64,000 nucleotides of DNA from Mobula hypostoma (Eukaryota): NCBI RefSeq assembly GCF_963921235.1, contig NC_086118.1, positions 20,152,001 to 20,216,000 on the forward strand, in the 5' to 3' direction. How positions within the stretch are numbered: position 1 is the stretch's first letter; each line of letters starts with the position of its first letter. Both the position numbers and the translations under genes were made by a program. The notes below the pieces were generated by a model. That model was not told the DNA's origin. It worked only from the letters and a program-made list of their open reading frames with translations, and did no database searches. Shown piece after piece: positions 25,979-37,049 of the stretch.

Positions 25979-27408
25979 AAAATAAATAAACATTGCATTT
26001 TACAAACTGAAGACTGATCAGTAAATTCTCCCTATTGTGTCTCTTGAGAAAATAAATCTGTTGTCTACAGAGAATCAAAAAGATTCCAACAGCATCCTTG
26101 TGTGTGGATGCTAACTTGTTGCAATGGGAGATAATGAAACAACATTCCCCTTCTGTGAGATGTCAGTTCTGTGAGATGGAATTTATACTCTTGCTCAAAG
26201 TTAATGTTTATCCTTTGATCCCCATTAAGCTGGCCAAGCTCTGCAGCTATAGCCATGAGGATAAAATAGTCAGCCTGAATGTCATTTTGTTAAATAAAGA
26301 GGAACTTCAGGTGACAGCCTTGATATTCAGCATTGTGCAGTGACCCCTGCTGTACTCCATATATCCGGCTGAAAACAGGAGACCACTCAACTGCTACATG
26401 TCCAGTTCAAATGATCTGCTGAACATGTGCTTTCTGAACTCACATCAGGCCTGACTTTATCATTGTGGAACCTTTCTGACCTGAACTTGCTCTTTGAAAC
26501 AAGCTGAAGGAACAGCTCTTCTTCTGTATATTGCAACGTTCTGGATTCAACACCGAGTATGACAATTTCAGATAACCAGCCATCCCAGTCTCGTAGCTCT
26601 CATTTCCAACGACCTGCTTTCTCTCTCGTTCCATCTTTTTCTCTCTTTATCTCTTTCAGATTGTATTCTATTTAAACCTCCTCCAATTATCCACCAGCTT
26701 ATACCACTCCCTGTCAGCCAGGACCACCATCCCTTGTATTATTCAATTTCTCCTGATCGCCACCCTATGACAGACCTTCCTTTTTGTTTGTCCGAGCCAC
26801 TGGATCATTACATCTTGAGATGTCTGTGTGTGAATTCTTTTGACACAGGGTAGCCTGTGCTTACCAAGTCTCCTAGGGTCTTAACAGAGCAATTCCCACC
26901 TATGCATTCGTAGCCAAAGAAACTGATCTTGCCCACAGATTTATCCTTGTTTCCTCTTATTTCTCATCAACGTGTCATCTCTTAGTAACATAATGTATAA
27001 AACACCATTAGTTTCAATTTGTATGTTAATGAAGTCATCTTTTTTCAGCAACCCCCCCCCCCCCAGTAGCTTCAAAATCCATCACTCAATAAACCCCATG
27101 TAGCCCAGTGCCAGTTTCTTTTCGTGATGGCATTCCTGGAACAACGCAAGCACAACCACCTTGAACAATCACCTTACAATTGCAAAATCAATATGAGCTG
27201 CTGCTTTTGTATTTTCCATTTTTAATTGTAAAATCACACATTGTTTTAAAATATAAAATAATTTCTTGTTACAAGGAACATATGTCTTCCCTGCCTCACA
27301 GTATTTGTAGACTTTCCCTGGAGCGTGGTCTTGGCACAATTTCTTTTTTTAGGAGATTTAATACCTTTGGCCACCAGGGGTCAGCCAAGCACAATATATA
27401 ATACAGAA

Positions 27409-28259
27409 AACGAGACCCTCTGCTGATGCTGGCAATCCAAAGCAAAACACACAGAGTGCTGGAGGAACTCAGCAGGCCAGGCAGCATCCACGGAAAAGAG
27501 TAAACAGTCGACGTTTTGGGCCAAGACCCGTCATCAGGACGGGGGAAAAAAGAGAAGACAGAATGAGAAGGTGGGGAAGGGGAGGAAGAAGTACAAGGTG
27601 GTAGGTGGTAGGTGATGCCAGGAGTGGTAGAGGAGTGAAGTGAGGAGCTGGGAAGTTGATTGGTGAAAGAGATAAAGGGCTGGAGTAGGGGGAATCTGAC
27701 AGGAGAGGGTAGAAGACTATGTAAGAAAGGGAAGGGGGAGCAGCACCAGAGGGGGTGATGGGCAGGTACGTAGATAAGGTGAGAGAGCAAAATAGAAATT
27801 GCGGAATCATGAAGGAGGAGGCAGGGCCTGACCATCAATTTCTCAAACTTCTGGTAATTGCCCCCCCTTCACCATTCCCCCCATTCCATTTCTCTCTCTC
27901 ACCTTATCTCCTTACCTGCCCATCACCTCCCTCTGGTGCTCCTCCCCTTCCCATTCTGCCATGATCTTCTACCCTCTCCTATCAGGTTTCCCCTTCTCTG
28001 GTCCTTTATTTCTTTCACCTATCAACTTCCCAGCTCTTTACTTCACCCTGCCCCACAGCCCAACCTCCTTTCCTGGCTTCACCTATCACTTACCACCTTG
28101 TACTTCTTCCTCACCTTCGCCCAGCTTCTTACTCTGACCTCATCTCTTTCCCCAGTCCTGATGAAGGGTCTCAGCCCAAAACGTTGACTGTTTACTCTTT
28201 TCCATATATGGTGCCTGGCCTGATGCGGTCCTCCAGCATTTTGTGTGTGTGTTGCTTGC
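27409..28259. mobile_element. Head-to-head pair of Penelope terminal repeats inserted as one unit
   Basis: ~400-bp arms (about 27409-27826 minus, 27860-28259 plus) are mutual reverse complements; 11-bp TSD ataatacagaa at 27398-27408 and 28260-28270. Confidence 0.85.
28153..28190 (+). ncRNA. Minimal type I hammerhead ribozyme motif (degenerate copy)
   Basis: cagtc-CTGATGA-agggtctcagccc-aAAAC-GTt-gactg: stem I cagtc/gactg; core G12 and cleavage base mutated at CpG positions. Confidence 0.65.
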
Positions 28260-28472
28260 ATAATACAGAACTGATTTTCTTGTTAGCAGGCAACAAACAC
28301 ACTCGTTGCCATTTTTAACTTCAGGAAAAAAGCTCAGCTGCAGTAGCTCGAGTGGGTATTGGGGAGAATGCCAAACATCACAACAAAAGCACAATAATTT
28401 ATTTGATAGTTGATAATATTTTCTAAAACATTCCCACCTATTTCTTCCCCTTGGCAATCTTTTACGCTGTTG

Positions 28473-29182
28473 TCATAAGACCATAAATTCATAAGATATA
28501 GCAACAAAATTAGGCCATTCAGCCCATCGAGTCCACTCCACCATTTAATCATAGCTGATCCTGGATCCTATTTAACCCCATACACCTGCCCTCTCACCAT
28601 ATCCCTTGATGCCCCAACCAATCAGGAACCTATCAACTTCCACTTCGAATATACCCACAGATCTGGCCTCCACTGCAGTCTGTGGCAGGGCATTCCACAG
28701 ATTCACAACTCTTTGGCTAAAAAAATTCTCTCTTTCTAAAAGGTCACCCCTCAGTTTTGAGGCTGTGTCCTTAGTTCTGGCTACCAGAGGAAACATCCTC
28801 TCCATATCCATCTTATCTAGTCCTTTCAACATTCAGTAGGTTTCAGTGAGATTCCCCACATTCTTCTAAATTCCAGTGAGTGCAGGCCCAAATCTTCATT
28901 AACCCCTTAATTCCTGAAATAATCCTTGTGAACCTCCTCTGGACTCTCTCCTATGATAATACATCCTTTCTGAGATAAGGAGCCCAAAACTGTTGACAAT
29001 ATTCCAAGTGCGACATTAGTGTCTTATAAAGCTTCAGCATTTTCTCCTTGTTCTTATATTCTACTCCCCTTGAAATAAATGCCAACATTGCATTTGCCTT
29101 CTTTACCACAGACTCAAACTGTGATTTAACCTTCTGGAAGTCTTGCACAAGGACTCCTAAGTCCCTTTGCACCTCTAATGTC
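28473..29182 (-). mobile_element. CR1 3' fragment
   Basis: ORFs 28572-28832 (FFSQRVVNLWNALP) and 28951-29184 (HLEYCQQFWAPYLRKD). Confidence 0.9.
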
Positions 29183-29874
29183 ATGCCTTCATAATTTCAC
29201 AGTTGCCTACAAGACCCTTACCATCCTAACCCTTCTCTCCTCATCCTATTCTCCTTTCTTCTCTCTTCCCTCTTATAATATTTTATAAGATGTTATAATT
29301 ATTTGCAAATAAAGTTCAAAATATCCCCCTGAGATAAATAAGCCATTGAGGAATTGGAGATGAAAATTTCCAGAGTTTTGCAGACAGTAATTAAAATAAT
29401 AATGCAAAATTGGTTGATACTGCATATAGAAGCATTGGAAAAGAATAACTGCTGAATTTAATAGCTGCAGAATGAATATTCAGCAATGGGTTAACAAGGG
29501 AGGTATGGGTGATAATAGACAGGTGACCTGTAATGAAAAGGAAACTGTATCCAGGTAATACAACACACTGTGAACTTGGGCAAACATTAGGTGAGCAAGA
29601 GTTGAAAAATAAAAAAGATAATTTGGCTCTTCCAGTTTAATGATAGTTTGAATATTGCAATAAATACTTACTTTATTGTAACCTTGGTTTAAAGTAGATT
29701 TTTCTAAACAAAAATGATTTCTTATATTGAACTTCGTAGCAGAATGCGACCCCCTTTCTAAGCTGGATTTAAGTGCCTTTCCTACAGTACAGAAACAATT
29801 CATTGGGATGGAATAGTATTTCACTAGGAATTTAAGGAGATTTGATCTGTCACCAAAGGCTAATAAATTTCTGC

Positions 29875-30527
29875 AGAAGGTTTCAAGCTCAGCCAGCCCC
29901 ATCATAAACAAGAAAATCTGAAGACGCTGGAAACCCAAGCAGCACACACAAAATGCTGGAGGAACTCAGCAGGCCAGGCAGCATCTATGGAAATGAATAA
30001 ACAGTCGACGTTTTGGGCCGAGGCCCTTCATCACAGAGTCCTGATGAAGGGTCTCGGCCCAAAACATCGACAGTTTATTTATTTCCATAGACGTTGCATG
30101 ACCTGCTGAGTTCCTCCAGCATTTTGTGTGTGCAGCTACATCATGGTCACTAGCCTTACCACCCCTGAGGGCATCTTCAGAAGACAATGCCTCAAAAAGG
30201 CAGCTTCCGTCATTAAGGACCCACACACTGGGAAAAGCTCTCATTACCACCATCAGAGAGGAAATACGGGAGCCTAAGGACATACACTTAGTGTTTTAAG
30301 AACAGCTTCTTCTTCTCCGCCATTGGAATTCTGAAGGGAAAGTGAACCAATCCATGAACACTACCTCACTATTTTTTGCTTTCCTTTTGCACTACTTACT
30401 TAATTGTATTTTATTTATATTTCTTATTGTTTTGTATTTCATGGTATTTTTTATGAATTGCGCTGCTCTGCTGTTGCAAACAACAAATTTCATGTCACAT
30501 GTCAGTGATATTAAACGATTCTGATTT
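29875..30527 (+). mobile_element. Rex1/Babar 3' fragment interrupted by the fold-back element
   Basis: cagccagc..catcatgg resumes after the insert; ends gatattaaacgattctgatt. Confidence 0.75.
29906..30132. mobile_element. 227-bp palindromic Penelope-derived element (two inverted hammerhead-bearing termini)
   Basis: Arms ~29942-30033 and ~30042-30132 are near reverse complements around an ~8-nt spacer; 12-bp TSD cagccccatcat (29894-29905) / cagctacatcat (30133-30144). Confidence 0.88.
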
Positions 30528-30711
30528 ACTGTCGGCAACCTGCCTGTATTGTTAAACAAGTGATCAAAATTAAACACCGTGAGGCTAATTTCCTGTAATT
30601 ATTCTCTCCTTTTCTTTTCAGTCTCAATTGGCTCAATTAGCAGGAATAAAAAATTGATTTCATACAAAAATGATGCCATTCCAGATTTTCTTCTCAAGAC
30701 CAAAATGATAT

Positions 30712-32100
30712 ATTATCTACACCTGCCCCTTACCTCCATTCAGGGCCAAAGATAAACGGCAGGAGTCGCTTAGCGCTTTAGCGCAAGGCTGTTTACCAGG
30801 TGCATTAAAAACCAATCTTACAAAATTTCGTGAAGATCAGTGAAAATAAAAATGCCAATATTTACAAATGATATCTACAAGAGAACACTTGTCCAGTGTG
30901 AACTCCTGGCAGCCCCGATCTCTCTCACTGAGGGCGAAGAGCGCCTTTTTATTTGGCGTTAGGACATACCATCTTTAATTACTCATAAGGTTAACATAAG
31001 ACTGCACGTGAATTAGAATATGACACACCCCACAATGTAGTTAGAATCATATTAAAAAATGAACAGAAGTATCTACCTTAACTACAGTATACAAACAACA
31101 TATATGCATTTACACATCCCATGACTAAAGAAATGAAATATTCCACCTTGTATAGCGAGAAAGGCTCCATAAATCCAACCCAAGTGCATCAGCCTAGTTT
31201 AAGACCCAGCGGACACTACATGGCTGCCAGGGAATGACAGTGTGAAACAGCAGAATGCTTAACACAATTGCTCACTTGCACTGAAATACAAATAAAGAAT
31301 TAAATCACCAGACCTCGGTGTCTGACACTGAGTGTACGGATGGAGCAAGGTGGAGGGAAAACAGTGGGAATACCAGGGGCAACACTGAAGTGTGTACACT
31401 CACGGCAACGACACCAGAGTGACGAGGCAATGTTTGCGTGAGAGCGTAAGGAGTCCGCTTATCAAATTGCTCTCCATCACACAGCCCTTCCATGTGAAGC
31501 AACACTTCATCTGCGAATCTGTTTAAGGTTGTCTATTGTATCCAGTGCTCACGATGCGGACTCCTCAACTTTGGTATCAAGATAGTTGGCCACCAGGAAG
31601 TCCTGCTCTTTGCGGTTGGACTGAAGGTGCTCGACAAAACAGTCCCCCAATCTACGTTGGGTCTCACCAACGTAGAGGAGGCCACATCGGGAGCACCGGA
31701 TACAGAAGACAACCCTAACAGGTTCGCAGGTGAAGCATTGCCTCACCAGGTAGGACTATTTAGGGCCCTAAATGGAGATGAGGGAGGAGGTGAAAGGGCA
31801 GCTGTAGCACCTCTGCTGTTTGCAGGGATAAGTGCCAGGAGGGAGATTAGTAGGGAGAGACAATTGGACAAGGGAATCACGAAGAGAGTGATCCCAATGG
31901 AAAGCAGCATGTTGGTGGGGGGGGGGGCGGGTAAAGACGTATTGGCAGCAGGGGCCTGCTGAAGATGGCAGAGTTTGCGGAGAATGATGTGTTGGATGAA
32001 AAGGCTCATCAGGTGGGAGGTGAGGAACTCAATCACTGTTAAGGAAGCGGGATGATAGGATAAGTGCTGTGGTCTGGGAAATGGAGGAGATGCGGGTGAG
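30712..32100. mobile_element. Penelope GIY-YIG-region fragments in opposite orientations (plus ~30712-30749 and 31482-31565; minus ~31585-32100)
   Basis: ORF 31549-31746 (VVFCIRCSRCGLLYVGETQRRLGDCFVEH); a plus-strand copy of the same segment lies at 31500-31565. Confidence 0.8.
30750..31464 (+). mobile_element. Solo-LTR-like insert with imperfect terminal inverted repeats
   Basis: Splits the Penelope motif cagggcc(cc)aaa|cagcccttcc; ends gataaacgg..cttagcgc and gcgtaaggagtccgcttatca; AATAAA at 31291. No clean TSD. Confidence 0.55.
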
Positions 32101-32984
32101 AGCATTCCCTTTATCAAAGATATTTATTTCCCAGCTTCTTTTTCCATATTGAGGAAGGGATGGGTCAGTGATCTTTGAAATTTCATATAACCATGTGGGA
32201 TAAATTGTATTGTGCCCATGGGCTGACATTGGATTTGGAAGATTGAGCTGCCCACACGTCGATTTTAAGTCCTTGTCATGACAGATGGTGTGTGGCATTA
32301 GACTACACTGCTTTGAATAGATGTGCTCTTCATGAGAAACCAATCACTCTGAATTATAAAGGGACACTGCTGCACATTGGAAGTTGCCTAGAAACTCAAC
32401 ATCAATCTGTAGCGCCCTTTGTGCTGTATTGTAGCATCTGCCCTATGTACTCAGCTTCCGAAATTCAAAGGAAATGGTCTATACAAGAAATTTAAATCAA
32501 TTTGTTTTGTGCAATCCTGTTTTTCGTAAATGATTAGGTTTTTTTTTAATCCTCAAAGCCTGCAATGGCTGAAGAGGCACTGTCTGTTCTGATACTCTGT
32601 TCATCCACAGTGAGGCAAAAACTCTGCCTTTGGAGCGAAAGGGAGTGATTGCTGCGACGTGAAGGCACAAGCATCAATTTTCCAACTAAAGTGTGTCCTA
32701 GGAGTGCCCCAGCTTCCGTATATCCGACTCACAATTATGAGGTGCAACGCTCGGGCAATTTTAGCAGCTGTATAACTGAGGCTACTTGCAAGTGTTACAG
32801 AACTAAACCAAACTAAAATGTAAATATTTAAACACTTACTCTCATAGTGAGTCGGGACAACATAAGGCTCCTGATAGCTCACAAATGGTTTTATCCTCCC
32901 TGCTCATCCTACGAGCACCCTTGCAGCAGCTAGCAACTGGTCTAGCTCAGTATTTTTCAAACTGGCAGGCTGCAGCATTGTGGC

Positions 32985-33298
32985 TCACAGCACCAGGTTC
33001 AATCCTCACCTCAGATGTTATCTCGAGTGGAGTTTGCACATTCTCTCTGTGACTGCATGAGTTTCCTCCAGGTGTTACAGTGTCCTCCTGTATCTCAAAG
33101 GCATAGGGGTTGGTAAGTTATTGACCATTATAAACTGCCCCTAGTGTGTAAATGAGTGGTAGAACATGGGCAGAGTTGATGAGAGAGTGGGAAGAATAAA
33201 AAGGGGCTGAATGTTGGATTAGTGTCAGTGGTAATCGGTAGTCAATAGACTCGATTGGCTAAAGGGCCCTTTTTCAGATTGTAAACCACTATGACTCT
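32985..33298 (+). mobile_element. V-SINE/HE1-like SINE
   Basis: ggttcaatcc B-box; ggagtttgcacattctctctgtgactgcatgagtttcctccagg core; CR1-like tail ctatgactct. Confidence 0.8.
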
Positions 33299-33709
33299 GG
33301 ATGCCTTGACACTTTCAAGCAATTGCCCAATGAAAACGGATGAACCTTAGGCCTCAGGCTTCTGGTACAGGCTCCAAGTGGACAGTGTATTTCAGGGCCA
33401 AAAGTGGTCCAAGGTTCCTGATGAAACTGAACACTACAAACAGATCACATACTGAAGATGGAAAGATTGGAAAATATTTAACTACTATGTCATATCTTTA
33501 AAATTTTCCAAGGCAATTTACTGAAAGAAGAAAAATGGTAGGCTGACTCTTCCTACCATGGGAGGAAGCAGCATTGAGCATAATTGTAAATTCAGCAGTT
33601 CCAGTCAAAGCTAAGAGCTTGCCTAGTGCATCCAGAAATCCAGGTTATTGGCAACTAATCTATGAATGCATCTATAAGGGAACAAAGTTGTCAATTGCAA
33701 ATTGGAAAT

Positions 33710-34415
33710 CAAGAAAAACTGGAGATGCTGAATATATGAAATAAAAGCAGAAAAAACTGGCGATACTCAGCAGATCAGGCAGTATCTGTGGGAAGAGAAG
33801 CAGTTAACATTTCAGGTCAATGACACTTCATTGGGAGTTTATACTCACTTTTGCATTCTTAATTGACCATTGACCTGACATGTAAACCCAGTTTTTCTCT
33901 CTCCATAGATCAAAGTTCAAAGTAAAATTTATTATCAGAGTACATACATGTCACCACATACAACCCTGAGATTCTTTATCTGCCTGCAAACAGCAAATCT
34001 ATAGAACAGTAACTGTAAAAAGGATCAATGGTCATCAAACTGTGCAAGTGCAGTTATAAATAAATACCAATAAATAACGAGCATGAAATAATAAAATGAA
34101 AGAGTCCTTAAATGAGTATAACTATCCCCTTTTAGTCAAAAGCGTGATGGTTGAGGGGTAGTAACTGTTCTTGAACCTGGTGGTGCAAGTCCAGAATCTC
34201 CTGTACCTTCTCCCTGATGGCAGCAGTGAGAAAAGAGCATGGCCTGGGTGGTGAGGATCTTTAATAATGATTGTTGCCTTCGTACAGCAATGTTTCAGGC
34301 AGATGTACCCAGTGGTTGGGAGGGTTTTACCTATGGTGTATTGGGCCGGATCCACTGCCTTCTGTATGATTTCCCGACTGCTTGAATATTCCCAGCATCT
34401 TCTGCTTTTATTGCA
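33710..34415. mobile_element. Old palindromic Penelope-derived unit interrupted by a minus-strand Rex fragment (~33911-34370)
   Basis: Left arm (ctcagcagatcaggcagtatctgtgg..atttcaggtcaatg) mirrored by cattgacctgac..ctccatagat and, after the Rex insert (ORF 34122-34484), cccagcatcttctgctttta. Confidence 0.65.
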
Positions 34416-34579
34416 GCTATTGTCAGATGGTTTATGAAAACAACTTGGTAGTTCACTTGCAGCTATAATAGTCAGATATTCCAATCATACTCCAGGTATT
34501 TCTCATCCACTCCCTCCTAAATAAATTACAGCTAAAATTACATCACTATGCTTTCTCAATTAGGTTCATTGTATCTGCT

Positions 34580-34618
34580 CACTTGGATTTCCAGCATCTG
34601 CAGATTTTCTCTTGTTTG
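34580..34618 (+). mobile_element. 39-bp Penelope terminal-repeat micro-insertion
   Basis: cttggatttccagcatctgcagattttctcttgttt flanked by 14-bp TSD tcattgta(t/c)ctgct at 34566-34579 and 34619-34632. Confidence 0.8.
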
Positions 34619-35425
34619 TCATTGTACCTGCTGAGGTGAATTCAGCAGTAAAACATTAATTACAAAGGATGGTTCATCATTGAAAATAGAGTGTTAAACC
34701 CTGATTTTTTTTCATCTAAATTCTTATATTCTCTGTCAATCCCAAGCTGGGTCATTTCAGGAATTGCATTATAGCTATCAAATGAAAATGTGATTACAAA
34801 TATAATTGCCACAGGTTTCATGTTTCTACTGCATCTTTGTGCACCAGCTACAAAATAGTAGGTCACGAGATTACTCTATTCAACAGCAAAACAAAGATGC
34901 TGATAGTTCTGAGAGGGAGGAATCGATGAAATAATGAAACTTTCAGAGCTGTGTGATAGCAGGTAGGTGAACAACATTATAACCATTAGCAAAATACAGC
35001 AGCTTCAGAAAATCTGGAGTGGAAACAGAAACTGCAAGGTCTACACAGCAGGACAGTGGATGTGGGGACGGAGTTGACATTTCAGGTCAACAACCTTTCA
35101 TCAGAATTGGCAGAAATCAGTAACAGGAAAGGATTTAAGTTGCAAAATAAAGGTGGTAAGGGTGCTGACTGAAAGGGGATTGCAAAGACCACTGCATCTG
35201 AGAGCAGTGAAATCTGAAATTAACTGAAGAAAAGGAGATAAAAGTTGAAAGCTGGGAATGGGAGCCTTACAAACAGAGGCACCAACAGATGGTAAAGTTT
35301 AACAAACTTAAACTTTAAACATGGACTCGTAACTGTTCATTTTTGAAATGACCCACATTGTTCCAATAGTCACAGACTCTGACTGAAGCTCCAGCAGCTG
35401 TGTCTAAGTAGTTGTTGTCAGAGAG

Positions 35426-35439
35426 GTTGCTATGGCAAC
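35426..35439. promoter_or_regulatory. RFX X-box motif
   Basis: GTTGCTATGGCAAC, a near-palindromic match to the X-box consensus, in apparently non-repeat DNA. Confidence 0.5.
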
Positions 35440-35504
35440 GTGGACAAATTAGCACATTTGTTAATTACTACCACCATTCTCTGTCCCAAGACTAAAGGTG
35501 AATT

Positions 35505-35915
35505 TATATTTATTTTTCAAAAATATGTTTTATTCATATAAATATATTGGCATGAAATACCAAATAGTATATGCTTTCCTTTATATTGAAGGTAGTCTAT
35601 ACATTTACCATGTACTTGAGGAGCTGTTTACAGCCTAACAGTGTCTGGTGATGGTAGGATTCTAGATTGCTGCCCTTGCATTGGTGGCACCAACTCCTGT
35701 GCATCCCTCAGTATGTAAATTCTTCCTGTAGCATGGAATTAGTCACCCGGCAACTTTCACTTAGAAGTACCTTATTGTACTAAAAGACCAAAATGTTTTG
35801 AGCAGACTAAAATCCAGCTTTCTCCGACGTGTTGATCTTTCACCCACCACTGGTGTCTGTCTAAGTTTGCATCCTTGGGAACAGCCTTTAGATGAGAAAG
35901 TCCTCTCTTACTCCA
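35505..35915 (-). mobile_element. Decayed Tx1/L1-like LINE 3' fragment
   Basis: tttattc 3' signature near 35530 and Tx1-like C-terminal coding DNA; no intact ORF. Confidence 0.45.
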
Positions 35916-36155
35916 TGTCCCGTGATCCTCCAATAACCCTTTTGCCAATCACCTGTCCAGCTCTTGGATCCATCCCTCTCCCTCCTGTCTTCTCCTATCA
36001 TTTTGGATCTCCCCCCCCTCCCGCTTTCAAATCTCTTACTAACTCTTCCTTCAGTTAGTCCTGACGAAGGGTCTCGGCCCGAAACATCGACTGTACCTCT
36101 TCCTAGAGATGCTGCCTGGCCTGCTGCATTCACCAGCAAGTTTGATGTGTGTTGC
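35915..36155 (+). mobile_element. Penelope terminal repeat (same subfamily as 63782-64000)
   Basis: Near-identical to the reverse complement of 63782-64000; both give the ORF text PSVSPDEGSRPET. Confidence 0.9.
36057..36092 (+). ncRNA. Minimal type I hammerhead ribozyme motif (best-preserved core)
   Basis: agtc-CTGACGA-agggtctcggccc-GAAAC-aTC-gact: CUGANGA and GAAA intact, stems I and II formable; one G>A change in the palindromic stem III. Confidence 0.72.
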
Positions 36156-36207
36156 TCCTCTCTTACTTAACTGCTTTGGACCTTGACAAGGACTCTTACA
36201 CTCCTTT

Positions 36208-36845
36208 CGAGTTCAAGTTCAAGATTAATTGTCATTCAACCATACATGAATACATCAAAGTGAAACAGCCTTTCTCCGGGGCCAAGGTGCAAAACACAGT
36301 ACCAACAGCCCACAGCACATAGCACATATTGTTACGACAGCAAAAAAACAAAGAGTTACAAAAAAAATATAGCCCAAGTCCCTGAGCAGCATGGGCTGTA
36401 GATTGAAGGTGCATGGGATGTTGCCCTGGCCCTGTTTGTCTTCCACCATGCGAACACTGGAGGGAAGCAGAAGCCTCTGGTCTCTCCCACACCACTCTTC
36501 ATCTCCAACAAGAGACCCTACGGCATGAGGGCCTGGTCCATGCAACAACCAGGACTACACGGCTTCCCTGACATCAGTCCTCCCAATAGAACAATGTCCA
36601 AGACAATCAATTGCACCATGCACCGCCTCTGAACAACAACAGCACGCAGCAAGGCCAGGCGACAACATAGCCTGCATCTCCATGGCTATCGAGCAACTCA
36701 CTAATGGGGTAAACCTCCAGTATTTGATGTTCTTAATTTCCAGCTGCGTCTTGCGATCCTAAAAAAGGTGCAAAGAACGAACAATTACCTTGCTTGAACC
36801 GGGAAAGGCCAGTGCAACTGAGTGCACCGTCATCATACCGGAAAA
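36208..36845 (-). mobile_element. Non-coding retroposon with Rex-type tail
   Basis: (cttgaa)n tail at 36208-36225 preceded by AT-rich 3' end; GC-rich 5' end (minus ttccggtatgatgacgg); no credible ORF. Confidence 0.55.
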
Positions 36846-37049
36846 TTCCAGAGCTCCTTTGCAAACGAACCATCCACAGAGAGTTGGGTGACTGTTCCAG
36901 CCGCATCACAGCTGTACTTAGGGCAATGTGCATTGGGTATGAGACTCCAACTGGACAGGAATGGTCTGATGGGGAGAACATCACTCACTGTCAGCCAAGC
37001 AAGGCCTGGTGCTTGGTAATGAGGCAATCTGCTCACAGGATTGATCCAT

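Noticed and set aside
32611..32870. Candidate exons (plus acceptor at 32610; minus donor near 32839)
   Set aside because: Early stops in all frames or weak acceptor; no recognisable product.
34660..34775. Possible minus-strand coding exon (YNAIPEMTQLGIDREY..)
   Set aside because: Plausible acceptor only; no recognisable homology, so unsupported without transcript data.
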